Shown here piece by piece: positions 1 to 8,183 of a stretch of 64,000 nucleotides of DNA (position 1 is the stretch's first letter; each line of letters starts with the position of its first letter). The stretch comes from an uncultured Chitinophagales bacterium (GTDB taxonomy: Bacteria > Bacteroidota > Ignavibacteria > UBA10030 > UBA6906), in contig CAZBWR010000007.1 in the NCBI GenBank assembly GCA_964495695.1, positions 6,149-70,148 of the forward strand, read 5' to 3'. The position numbers and the translations under genes are program-made. A model generated the notes under the pieces. The model did no database searches. It worked only from the letters and a program-made list of their open reading frames with translations, and was not told the DNA's origin.

Positions 1-648
1 GGTTGCCAGAGCGGGATGATTGAGATTCGGAAATGCATCATCGAAGACAGCAATCACCACACCGGCTCCTGTTATGCCAAGATTGTGTACATCCACCGTC
101 TTGATTTGTGAATTCTGTGTCAGCGAGAGTCCGTAGTCGATGACGGTCGGCGTCGTCGCAGGTGAGATCGGGGGAGGGACATCGAGCGCAGTTATATTCT
201 CCGCTTCTTTGTTTGTTCTGAATCTTGCAACCATCTCCACTTCCTTTACACGAGGGAGGGATCGGATGGCATTGATTTGGGATTTCGTCGCCATAACACT
301 GATTGCATTAAACCACTTCAACTCGTGCCTGATGGATACACCCGTCGCCTCCACAGATTGGATGTCCATCCGCGTGACAGGGAGGTCTTCAACTGTAAGA
401 ACTTGATCAAGCTCCATTCGTTGCCTACGTTCGACGGCTTTTTCTGTCAGAAATGTCTCCGGGGAACGTGAGAGCAGTTCCTGAACGGAGGCGCCTTTGT
501 CAATAAACGAAACCATCACGGGAACCGAAACATCATATGGCATTGCCGGATAATAGCTTTCGAGAAGTTTTCCCATCGGAGCAGGCTGTTGGGATGAGGC
601 GATGGCGAATAGGAAGATAGTTATCGTAATAAAAGAGAGTTTGTTCAC
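1..648 (-). CDS. S8 family subtilisin-like serine protease, 5' part only (gene continues past the left edge; absent from the ORF track)
   Basis: I translated the minus strand from GTG at 648-646, which has GGAG 6 nt upstream. It gives a signal-peptide-like MNKLSFITITIFLFAIASSQQ, a propeptide-like segment VSIRHELKWFNAISVMATKSQINAIRSLPRVKEVE and the Asp box GAGVVIAVFDDAF. These are colinear with and paralogous to the 673..2448 protease. The frame stays open to position 1 (216 codons). Confidence 0.75.
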   Translation of the reverse strand, partial: MNKLSFITITIFLFAIASSQQPAPMGKLLESYYPAMPYDVSVPVMVSFIDKGASVQELLSRSPETFLTEKAVERRQRMELDQVLTVEDLPVTRMDIQSVEATGVSIRHELKWFNAISVMATKSQINAIRSLPRVKEVEMVARFRTNKEAENITALDVPPPISPATTPTVIDYGLSLTQNSQIKTVDVHNLGITGAGVVIAVFDDAFPNLNHPALAT

Positions 649-672
649 GTTGTCTCCGTGTGATGGATGTAG

Positions 673-2448
673 TTACTTGGAAAGCAAGAGCTTTATGGAT
701 GAGTCGAATCGGGATTCTCCGTTGAGACTTGTTGACGTAAAGCGGGCGAGGTATACGCCGCTTGCTGCGTTTCTTCCTGTGTCATCTGTTCCATTCCACG
801 TGAGGCGCAATACGGTTGCCCCTGACTCGCCGTTGAAGAGCGTCCTCACGCGCTGCCCCAGCACGTCATAAAGAACCAGTGAGGTTGAGGAAGGTGTCGG
901 AATCTCTACTTCGATGGTGGTAGATGCATTAAACGGATTAGGATAGTTCTGTCGCATCGCATACCGTGAAGGTATAGGCGGGGTGACTCCAGTAGATGTC
1001 AACACTTGAATGGCTCTCTGAGCGTCAAGAATCCCCCAGCCGTAAAGGTTGTCCGGTGACGCAGAACGACTTGCGGTCTGCTTCATGGCCTCGATTATTT
1101 CGATGGGGCCTGCTGTGGGCTTGGCCCGCACAAGCAACGCGGCTACGCCGGCGGCAAGTGGACAGGAGAGTGATGTCCCTCCGGAATAAATGTACCCGGA
1201 TGGGTCAGTAGGGCTGGCCGCCCGTACCGAGGATCCTTGCGCCATCACATCGGGCTTGATGCGAGGGGGATTGCTGCGTGTCGGGCCGACAGAACTGAAA
1301 CTCACCCGTATTCCATCGGGTCCGACTGCTCCAACGGAGAGCACGCTGTCTCCGTCGGCGGGGGCATTGAGAGTGTTCCGCGTGGGATGGCTGCCATTGT
1401 TCCCCGCCGAATTGACGACGATGATTCCCTTGCTTACCGCCATATCCGCAGCCCGGGTAATTACGGTTGTATTGCCATCCATATTTTCCCACGTCCAGCT
1501 TGGATAGGGTGGATCGTACGTGAGATAACCGAGCGAAGTCGATGTTACATCAACCCCCAAACTGTCCGCCCACTCGATGGCGGCTACCCAGTTATCTTCC
1601 TCAAGGGGAGTTTCACTGCTGTCGTTTTCCGTCCTCGCAAGAATGAAGCTCGCGCCGAATGCCGGACCGATCAGTTCTCCTTCTTTGAATCCCGCCAGGG
1701 CGGAGAAGGTAACGACGCCGTGAGACCCGAATGCCGGATCAGGATTGTTCGGCACAACACTAACTTTCCGGTCAACGAAATCGTACGTCGCTACAATGCG
1801 GCTGCGCAATGAGTCAAACACCTGATGATTCAATAATCGGAATCCGTTATCGAATACACCAACCAACACACCTTGCCCGTAATTGCCTGTATTGTGAACT
1901 GCCGCGACGTTGATCTGATTGACTTGCCCTGCCGAAAGGCCGTAATTGAATTCCGTATTTGTTTTTGAATTTGAAGGAGAGGTTACTGCGGGTAGTTGCT
2001 GAATCGGTTCAGGATTCGACCGCCTGAACCGGAGCAGAGGTTCTATACTCCTTACGAACGGGAAACTCTCAAGTCGATGAATCTCTGCCGGATCAACAAC
2101 TATGCTGACAGCATTGAACCATTTTGAGACATTTCTCACATGGAATCCGGCTTCTTTGAGGGTCTGAACATACGAAGGATCAACCGAAAGGTCGGAATAG
2201 TCAACTGCAACTTCCGGCGGACGAGCTTTGAGCCTTCTCTGATAGGATCTTTCGCTGACGACAGCGTGGGGTACGTTGTGAGCGAGACCCTCCAATGATC
2301 CTTTATCATGAAAATACACCCACACAGAGAGAGGGTTGCTTGATGAAGAAAGGGCAATGACTTCAGAAAGCCGGGGATGAACCTTCTCCCCCGGATATGA
2401 AACCTCGGCACTGATAAATGCCAGAATGAGTAAAACGGCGGCTCGCAT
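673..2448 (-). CDS. S8 family subtilisin-like serine protease with T9SS type-A C-terminal sorting domain
   Basis: 591 aa with an N-terminal signal peptide. Catalytic-triad boxes are GVLVGVFDNGF (Asp), GSHGVVTFS (His) and SGGTSLSCPLAAG (Ser). The C-terminus NYPNPFNASTTIEVEIP...GVYLARF...KLLLSK is typical of Por/T9SS sorting domains. Confidence 0.9.
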   Translation of the reverse strand: MRAAVLLILAFISAEVSYPGEKVHPRLSEVIALSSSSNPLSVWVYFHDKGSLEGLAHNVPHAVVSERSYQRRLKARPPEVAVDYSDLSVDPSYVQTLKEAGFHVRNVSKWFNAVSIVVDPAEIHRLESFPFVRSIEPLLRFRRSNPEPIQQLPAVTSPSNSKTNTEFNYGLSAGQVNQINVAAVHNTGNYGQGVLVGVFDNGFRLLNHQVFDSLRSRIVATYDFVDRKVSVVPNNPDPAFGSHGVVTFSALAGFKEGELIGPAFGASFILARTENDSSETPLEEDNWVAAIEWADSLGVDVTSTSLGYLTYDPPYPSWTWENMDGNTTVITRAADMAVSKGIIVVNSAGNNGSHPTRNTLNAPADGDSVLSVGAVGPDGIRVSFSSVGPTRSNPPRIKPDVMAQGSSVRAASPTDPSGYIYSGGTSLSCPLAAGVAALLVRAKPTAGPIEIIEAMKQTASRSASPDNLYGWGILDAQRAIQVLTSTGVTPPIPSRYAMRQNYPNPFNASTTIEVEIPTPSSTSLVLYDVLGQRVRTLFNGESGATVLRLTWNGTDDTGRNAASGVYLARFTSTSLNGESRFDSSIKLLLSK

Positions 2449-2504
2449 AAACCAAAGTAGTGAGGGAAGTCCTCAGAATCAATACTGCTATAAGTCGCCG
2501 GCCT

Positions 2505-3122
2505 TTAAGGCTGTTCTAGATTCCCTGCCGTCTTTTCGAATACGTCTTTCCTGACAACTCTATATGCCGGTTGGTTGGCCTTTTCGTAGGGTTGAGAATG
2601 ATGTCCGGGGGAAAGTATGTTTGAGGCAATTCGTTCTGAATAGGCTTGAACATCGTCAACGTTGAAATTCAGAAACCCGTATTTAGCAAGCCCGGCAAAT
2701 TCGTTCCATTGGCGTTTGAACATCAGTGTATCCGGTTTGATTGCGGCTGCAGATGCGAACATGGATTGAACGAGGAGATCCGGATCCATACCCGATTGCT
2801 TGAACGGGCGCAGGTTAATCCGGACTATGCGTCCATCGGACGAGATGCGTTCAATGAGAGGTTCGCCGGGGAACGCCTCTGTGAGGCTTGACAGCTCCTG
2901 GAGCAGAAAGGAGCGGACTGCGGCTGTGTCTCCCAGCATGTGTTCGATTCCAAGATTTGCCTGATGGAGCATCTTGTACACATCCTCGACCTCCATTGCG
3001 GAGTGACGATTCATGTGATGCTCTACGAGTCTCTTTACACTCCAGTAGGTTCCCGGATCGGTCTGCGCGTGGACTGAAGAATAGAAGATGAGGATGCTGA
3101 AAGCAATCGTTCGAAGGATCAT
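2505..3122 (-). CDS. hypothetical secreted protein
   Basis: The ORF-track entry is 2505..3146 with a GTG start. An ATG at 3122 gives a canonical signal peptide, MILRTIAFSILIFYSSVHAQ. I recognise no family motif. The start is uncertain between 3122 and 3146. Confidence 0.6.
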   Translation of the reverse strand: MILRTIAFSILIFYSSVHAQTDPGTYWSVKRLVEHHMNRHSAMEVEDVYKMLHQANLGIEHMLGDTAAVRSFLLQELSSLTEAFPGEPLIERISSDGRIVRINLRPFKQSGMDPDLLVQSMFASAAAIKPDTLMFKRQWNEFAGLAKYGFLNFNVDDVQAYSERIASNILSPGHHSQPYEKANQPAYRVVRKDVFEKTAGNLEQP

Positions 3123-3182
3123 ATTCTGCGAGTGTTTGAGATGCACATAAGGTAGGGGAAATCATGAACAGTGGCAAACGGC

Positions 3183-3219
3183 AGAAGAAAAAGGGGAGAC
3201 GTTCAAACATCTCCCCTTT
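3183..3219 (-). terminator. Rho-independent terminator ending the 8038->3238 operon
   Basis: The minus strand reads AAAGGGGAGA-tgtttgaacg-TCTCCCCTTT followed by TTTCTTCT. This is a 10-bp perfect stem 19 nt after the stop of the 3238..4503 gene. Confidence 0.8.
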
Positions 3220-3237
3220 GGATGGAACTTACGGAGG

Positions 3238-4503
3238 TTAGAATTCGAACTTGAATCCCAACGTGCCGTATGTATATGTTTTGTACTCCCACGGGCGCGG
3301 CTCCCGGAACACAACAGCCGAGAATTTCACCTCAGCGTAGATGAAGGGAGGAATGATTTCGGCCCAACCTGAGACCATGAACAGCCGGGTAAACTGCGCT
3401 GTAACTCTGAACCTGTCGAACCGGTAGTTGCGGTACTCGATCTTGACGAGGGGGTCGATGAATGTTTCCGGTTCGCCTCCTTTAAACACAAAGTACTTTC
3501 CGTCGACTGCAACAGCCTTGCCTAAGTTGACCTTATGATAGCTCGCCCCGAGATGCACATTCAGGTTTTGCCGCTTTTCATCAAAGAGGAAATCAAATGC
3601 ATAGTATCCCTGAATAACTTGCGAGATGTAGTAGAGACTATCGAGGTTACGCGTTAACAACTCATCCCTACGACCTGTAAGTCCACCGAAGGCGAACCGT
3701 CCGCCGAGTGCGGCATAGGGGAATGACTCGGAGTTGATCCTGATCGTCTCCCATTCGAATTCGAACTCACCGACCAGCCCGTCGGCACCGTTGAGAAGTC
3801 TGGGCCGGCCCGTGACAGCTTGTGTCGCTGATGTCGGAGGCTTGTCAAGGCCGCCATGCACCGGAACCCATGCTCCGAGCTTTATGGACTTGTAGCGTCC
3901 CATCAGCCATGCCGTCCCTGTCGTCCAGAAAGGATATCCCAGCTCGTCCTCGCCGAGTCTTCCAATTATTCCCCACTCGTTACCGAAGCGCAACGAAGCT
4001 CCGAAGATGGAGAAATCTGCAGCAACCCAATCCGGCTTCGGCTGTCGTGCCATCGGATTCGATTCTTCTATGAACCGGCTCTTAATGCCGTACGGAGGCT
4101 CGTTTTGCTTGGCCTCATCAAGAAGATCGGTCCGCAAGTCACGAGCAAGCAAGGTTTGTGCATAGAGTTTTCCATACGAGACGCTGCCGATCCTGATGTC
4201 GGTGATTGTCTGTGAATCGGGGTGGGCAATGATCGTGATTGGATCCTGTTTCGAGAATCCCTTGCCCCGGTTTCTGAATGCTGCGTAAACCCGAAGCTTC
4301 AGGTTGGGCTCATTCATCTGCCACGAGGGGAATGAAGGAGCGTAGGCACTGTCGATTTGGTTAAGTTCTGTCAGAATACGTTCGAGCGATTCGAGATCGC
4401 CGCGCATTGATTCAAGATCGTTGCGGCGGTCATCCTGCGAGTTCGCCGATGTTACCGCCAAGCCCAGTGAAAGTGCAATTAGTGTCAGTTTCAATGATTT
4501 CAT
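3238..4503 (-). CDS. predicted outer-membrane beta-barrel protein, paralog B (uncharacterised family)
   Basis: 421 aa with signal peptide MKSLKLTLIALSLGLAVTSANSQ and an N-terminal helical segment (DLESMRGDLESLERILTELNQ). The remainder is rich in alternating aromatic/Gly beta-strand patterns and ends in LGFKFEF (terminal Phe). It shares blocks with the 4515..5897 protein. GGAG lies upstream of the ATG. Confidence 0.6.
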   Translation of the reverse strand: MKSLKLTLIALSLGLAVTSANSQDDRRNDLESMRGDLESLERILTELNQIDSAYAPSFPSWQMNEPNLKLRVYAAFRNRGKGFSKQDPITIIAHPDSQTITDIRIGSVSYGKLYAQTLLARDLRTDLLDEAKQNEPPYGIKSRFIEESNPMARQPKPDWVAADFSIFGASLRFGNEWGIIGRLGEDELGYPFWTTGTAWLMGRYKSIKLGAWVPVHGGLDKPPTSATQAVTGRPRLLNGADGLVGEFEFEWETIRINSESFPYAALGGRFAFGGLTGRRDELLTRNLDSLYYISQVIQGYYAFDFLFDEKRQNLNVHLGASYHKVNLGKAVAVDGKYFVFKGGEPETFIDPLVKIEYRNYRFDRFRVTAQFTRLFMVSGWAEIIPPFIYAEVKFSAVVFREPRPWEYKTYTYGTLGFKFEF

Positions 4504-4514
4504 TTCTTCTCCGC

Positions 4515-5897
4515 TTACAAACTAAAGGTGTAGGGAATGGAGAGAGTAAAAAAGTACGGGGGTTCCCATGGATCTCGTGACCGTACCACCGACGTGGCAA
4601 ACTTCGCCTCAATACGCAGTTGTTCCGGAATGATCTCCATCCACAATAGTCCCAATCCCCAATCACGGAAGTACTGAAAGGTGGCTCCGAACCGGCGGGC
4701 AAACTGCTGGTTCATATACTCCGCCTTGAAATACGGCCCCCAGAAGAAACGGGGCCCTTCGAGCGGAATTATCTCGGAGGGTGTGTTGCCCGTGCCGCGA
4801 ATAAGCTTGTCTTGAGCAATCTGCTCGAAGCCCAGGCCCATCTTCAAACGCAAGAGGTTTGCATTGTCATTAATGCCGACGGTAAACGAATACCATAAGT
4901 GTGCGGCCGTCTTCAATGTGTAGATGCGGTTCGTATCGGCAAACGTTCCGTCGGTATCTGTTCGCGGGAACCCGACGAGTACGTTGGCACCGGCAAACGC
5001 CCAATCAAATTCCGCCGAAACACCGTATGTTCCGTTAATGTTACGAGGCCTCCAAAAGCTGGTCAACGCGGTCGGGGTATTGCTTTCAAGTCCGTACTTG
5101 AAGGGAATATGCCCGCCGATTTTTATCTGATTGTAGATGACCATGAATGACAAGTTGCCCGAGGTCCAGAAGGGGAGGCCGAATTCGTCGTTGCCCAACT
5201 TCACTTCAAGTCCCCACAGGCTGCCGAACCTGATCCGGGCATTGTCGGGGAGCCGAAGCGTCACGACTGTTGCCTCTCTGTGGTCAACCGAGGCCATGCT
5301 GTATTTCTCGAACGCAACAAGCACGCTATCACTGTTTTTCATCAAGCGGGGGGCGCTCAGGTCGGTAATCCTGAACTTCCGGTCGATTAGTTCCTTGTCT
5401 TCGCTGAACTCGCGGCTTTCAAGGATCGTCTGGTACATCTTCCGTTCAGGTCTCTTCATCAGAGCCTCACGCAGACGCTGGCCCTTTGACTCCTTGCTGT
5501 TTCCGGTGAAGAAGATGGCAACAAGATCCCGGGAGGGCTCTGGCGTTGCAATGACCTGGATATCTCCCCGGCTTTCGATAAAGCTGGAGTCGTTATCCAT
5601 CACCTCGAAGAAATAATTCGAGATGCTGTCATTCAGTGCATCCGCCAGCGGAATGAACCATGAGCGGAGCCGCGTGAAGTAATATGATTGCGGCCCGAAT
5701 GTGACCTTGTCGAGGACGGTCTGCAACCGCTCGATTCGGGTTCTGTAGAGTTTGAGAGAATCGGACACATCTTCGGTTGTTGCCGGCTCAGGCAGAGGCT
5801 GAGCAGGTGTCGGTAGTGGCTGATTCGGGTTCTGTGCCTGGGCGCTCCCCGCGCCCAGCACGATTGCAAAAATGCTTGCTAACGCTATCTGTTTCAT
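4515..5897 (-). CDS. predicted outer-membrane beta-barrel protein, paralog A (uncharacterised family)
   Basis: 460 aa with signal peptide MKQIALASIFAIVLGAGSAQAQ and a Pro-rich linker. It shares blocks with paralog B: RFGxxWG...LGxDExGxPFWTxG...IKxG; KxEYxN...RF; WxEIIP...KF...PWE. Confidence 0.6.
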   Translation of the reverse strand: MKQIALASIFAIVLGAGSAQAQNPNQPLPTPAQPLPEPATTEDVSDSLKLYRTRIERLQTVLDKVTFGPQSYYFTRLRSWFIPLADALNDSISNYFFEVMDNDSSFIESRGDIQVIATPEPSRDLVAIFFTGNSKESKGQRLREALMKRPERKMYQTILESREFSEDKELIDRKFRITDLSAPRLMKNSDSVLVAFEKYSMASVDHREATVVTLRLPDNARIRFGSLWGLEVKLGNDEFGLPFWTSGNLSFMVIYNQIKIGGHIPFKYGLESNTPTALTSFWRPRNINGTYGVSAEFDWAFAGANVLVGFPRTDTDGTFADTNRIYTLKTAAHLWYSFTVGINDNANLLRLKMGLGFEQIAQDKLIRGTGNTPSEIIPLEGPRFFWGPYFKAEYMNQQFARRFGATFQYFRDWGLGLLWMEIIPEQLRIEAKFATSVVRSRDPWEPPYFFTLSIPYTFSL

Positions 5898-5913
5898 CGC
5901 TCGGTATTGTGGA

Positions 5914-7254
5914 TCAGTATAGTATTGACTGTGTTACTTGATCAGTTCGAGAGCCCCCAATACCGGACACGGTAACTTTGATCAGTATTGCGTTCGGACG
6001 CTTGGCCTGAAGATTCTGCACAATCAGCGTGAAGTTCTTCCCCCTTCGTGTATCGATACGAGACACGATTCCTTCCGGCTGAATGACACTGCAGTTTTCG
6101 ATGAGAACATCCCCATTGCCCACGTCAGAGCTTGTGAACTTGATATGATAATCGTTGCCAACCCAGGACGATCCCGCCCATTTGATTTGGGGGGGATGCG
6201 GCTTCTTGACCGGAATTTCCTTCCGGAGCATTTCTGTATTCGCGATCGACAATACCCTGAATGTCAGGCTTGTCCATGAACGTTCAGGCTTGAAGATCAC
6301 CGGATACTCAACAGCGGACACCGTTTTGATAAGGGTGCTGTTGTTTGCGTAAATCTCGACACTGAATTTGTTCGGATCGAGTCCTCGGATGCCGCTCGAG
6401 AAGGTGAATGGTACCTCCCAATATGCTTCCGCAGCGGGGTCCGGGTCCCAGCGGGGTGGTGTCACATTCACTGTGAAGGTCGCTGACGCATTCTCGAGTT
6501 CAGGCGAAGCACCGCGGTTTGCACGTCCCGCAATTGTTACGGTAACGGGAGAACTTGTCACAATCGGGTTGGCCCATTCAACCTTTATCCGTCCAAAGTC
6601 CTTCGTGATGATGAATCGAGGATCGGAGGAGGAGAAGCTCACAATATCCGGACTCGGTCCGCCAACGTAGACGTTCTTTACATACGGCGTTCCGACTATC
6701 CACTTATCGTCTTTCGGCGGCTCGACGTTGAGGGTGAGCTTGGGCGGCGCGGCACCGGCGCCTTCGACCTTCAGAGTAAAAGTCACCGGCTTGGACTTCA
6801 GCGGGATTTCGCCGCCAAGTTGACGTGTGATGACATCTTTTACCGATTCGGGAAGTTCCTCCGGCAACTCGCGGCGTACTTCAGCCGAGGCTTGAAATTT
6901 GTAGAGTCCTTTTTGTTCTATCCGACCCGAGATGATTCCATTTCCCTCACTGTCCTTTGTGATCATTGTGGAGAGACCCTCGGGGACACTTCCATCAACA
7001 GGAGTAAGGGTGTAGAGAATATTTGTCCTCTCGGTTTGATTCGAGAGTCCGCGCACCCTGATGAGGGCGCGGCTCGTGTCCTTCGCAAACCAGATGAGTG
7101 TATCGGGAACTTGGAGCTCGGGTGGTTCCGAGATTTTCTGGACGAGAATCTCGGCCATTTCGAGTTGTGCCTCGTCCCGTTCGGTGATCACTTCGAGAAG
7201 GCTGATCAGCGCGACAAGATACAACACGAAATAGAATGAGGTTTTCTGTTTCAT
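5914..7254 (-). CDS. bitopic membrane protein with multiple periplasmic beta-sandwich-like modules (possible distant GldM/PorM analogue)
   Basis: 446 aa with a single N-terminal TM (FYFVLYLVALISLLEVI) after a short basic N-terminus. Beta-rich segments follow, separated by Pro-rich linkers (AAPPKLTL, VTPPRWDPDP, KKPHPPQI). Whether it is coding is near certain; the functional call is low-confidence inference. Confidence 0.45.
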   Translation of the reverse strand: MKQKTSFYFVLYLVALISLLEVITERDEAQLEMAEILVQKISEPPELQVPDTLIWFAKDTSRALIRVRGLSNQTERTNILYTLTPVDGSVPEGLSTMITKDSEGNGIISGRIEQKGLYKFQASAEVRRELPEELPESVKDVITRQLGGEIPLKSKPVTFTLKVEGAGAAPPKLTLNVEPPKDDKWIVGTPYVKNVYVGGPSPDIVSFSSSDPRFIITKDFGRIKVEWANPIVTSSPVTVTIAGRANRGASPELENASATFTVNVTPPRWDPDPAAEAYWEVPFTFSSGIRGLDPNKFSVEIYANNSTLIKTVSAVEYPVIFKPERSWTSLTFRVLSIANTEMLRKEIPVKKPHPPQIKWAGSSWVGNDYHIKFTSSDVGNGDVLIENCSVIQPEGIVSRIDTRRGKNFTLIVQNLQAKRPNAILIKVTVSGIGGSRTDQVTQSILY

Positions 7255-7285
7255 CGTTTTCCCCTGCCTTCAGATGAGCTTCGCA

Positions 7286-8038
7286 TCAAACGTTGTTTGT
7301 ACGTTTTGATTCGAGCGAGCGGTGGACTTCCTGGCGAACCATGGAAGTGAACACCTCCTGCACCTTGTTCTGCACGACACGCTCGATTTCGTTCTCCACG
7401 ACTTTGCCGATGTGGCTTTCAATGCGTTGGAGAACCCGCAGCATTTCCGCCTCACTGTCAATCATCTCGCTGCGGAGCGTGTTGTACATCTGGTGCTGGC
7501 TGGAGAGAATTTCGTTTGTCTTGCCGAGTTGTGCTTCCGTTCGTTGCAGGACACGGAGTGCTTCGTTCTCGGCGTTGATCAGTTCATTTCGGAGAACGTT
7601 GAACATCTCACGGTTGGCAGGAAGCACTTCGTTGCGGATGACGTTCACCAGCTCACGCTGACCTCCCGCAACATCGGACTTCAGAACCTTTATCATCTCC
7701 TGTTCGCCGGGGATGACATCTTTCTTCAGGAGGTGAAGGATTTCCTTCTCACCGGAAAGGATCTGACTGTCGGTTGATGCCGACCCGCCGCCTTTCTCTT
7801 CAGGTGTAAGATAGTAGACGATGGCGATCATCGTAAGGAGTGCCGCCTCTAGAAAGAGTGCGGCAAGCACAACCCACTTCGGAATTTCCCGTCCGTAGAG
7901 TGAGCGCAGACCGATGATGACCACGAGTGCGCCGGCACCGGCGTACGCGGCACCTTGGACACGATTTGCGTATTTGGCTATTCCTCTTGGCTCAGAGTAC
8001 ACTCTCTTCCCCCCATTAGCTCCTTGTTGTGCTTCCAT
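7286..8038 (-). CDS. two-TM inner-membrane protein with intramembrane Glu and cytoplasmic 15-residue repeat array (possible distant GldL/PorL analogue)
   Basis: 250 aa with a strong SD (AGGAGGAG) upstream. TM1 is GAAYAGAGALVVIIGL and TM2 is WVVLAALFLEAALLTMIAIVYYL, with Glu64 inside the helix. The C-terminal approximately 140 aa is a helical periodic repeat. Whether it is coding is near certain; the functional call is inference. Confidence 0.45.
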   Translation of the reverse strand: MEAQQGANGGKRVYSEPRGIAKYANRVQGAAYAGAGALVVIIGLRSLYGREIPKWVVLAALFLEAALLTMIAIVYYLTPEEKGGGSASTDSQILSGEKEILHLLKKDVIPGEQEMIKVLKSDVAGGQRELVNVIRNEVLPANREMFNVLRNELINAENEALRVLQRTEAQLGKTNEILSSQHQMYNTLRSEMIDSEAEMLRVLQRIESHIGKVVENEIERVVQNKVQEVFTSMVRQEVHRSLESKRTNNV

Positions 8039-8166
8039 GCAACAATCTCCTCCTGGTAGCTGGTTAAGCTGGAAACGTAAAAAATTTTAGATAATTGGTT
8101 TATGTTACTTATGTGAATATATCAAATATCGTTGTGTTATCAAATTCTTACTGCCTGTTCGTTTTC

Positions 8167-8183
8167 AGCAATTGCAGTGCCAA
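8167..8183 (-). promoter_or_regulatory. sigma-54 (RpoN) -24/-12 promoter
   Basis: The minus strand reads TTGGCAC-TGCAA-TTGCT (8183->8167). This matches the consensus TGGCAC-N5-TTGCW exactly, with correct GG-N10-GC spacing. It points toward the ATG at 8038, giving a predicted leader of about 120 nt, and it lies in an otherwise AT-rich intergenic region. Confidence 0.7.

Noticed and set aside
8137-8150. IHF-consensus-like TATCAAattcTTA near the sigma-54 promoter
   Set aside because: It lies downstream of the predicted transcription start, in the leader, and not between an enhancer and the promoter. The region is AT-rich, so a chance match is likely.
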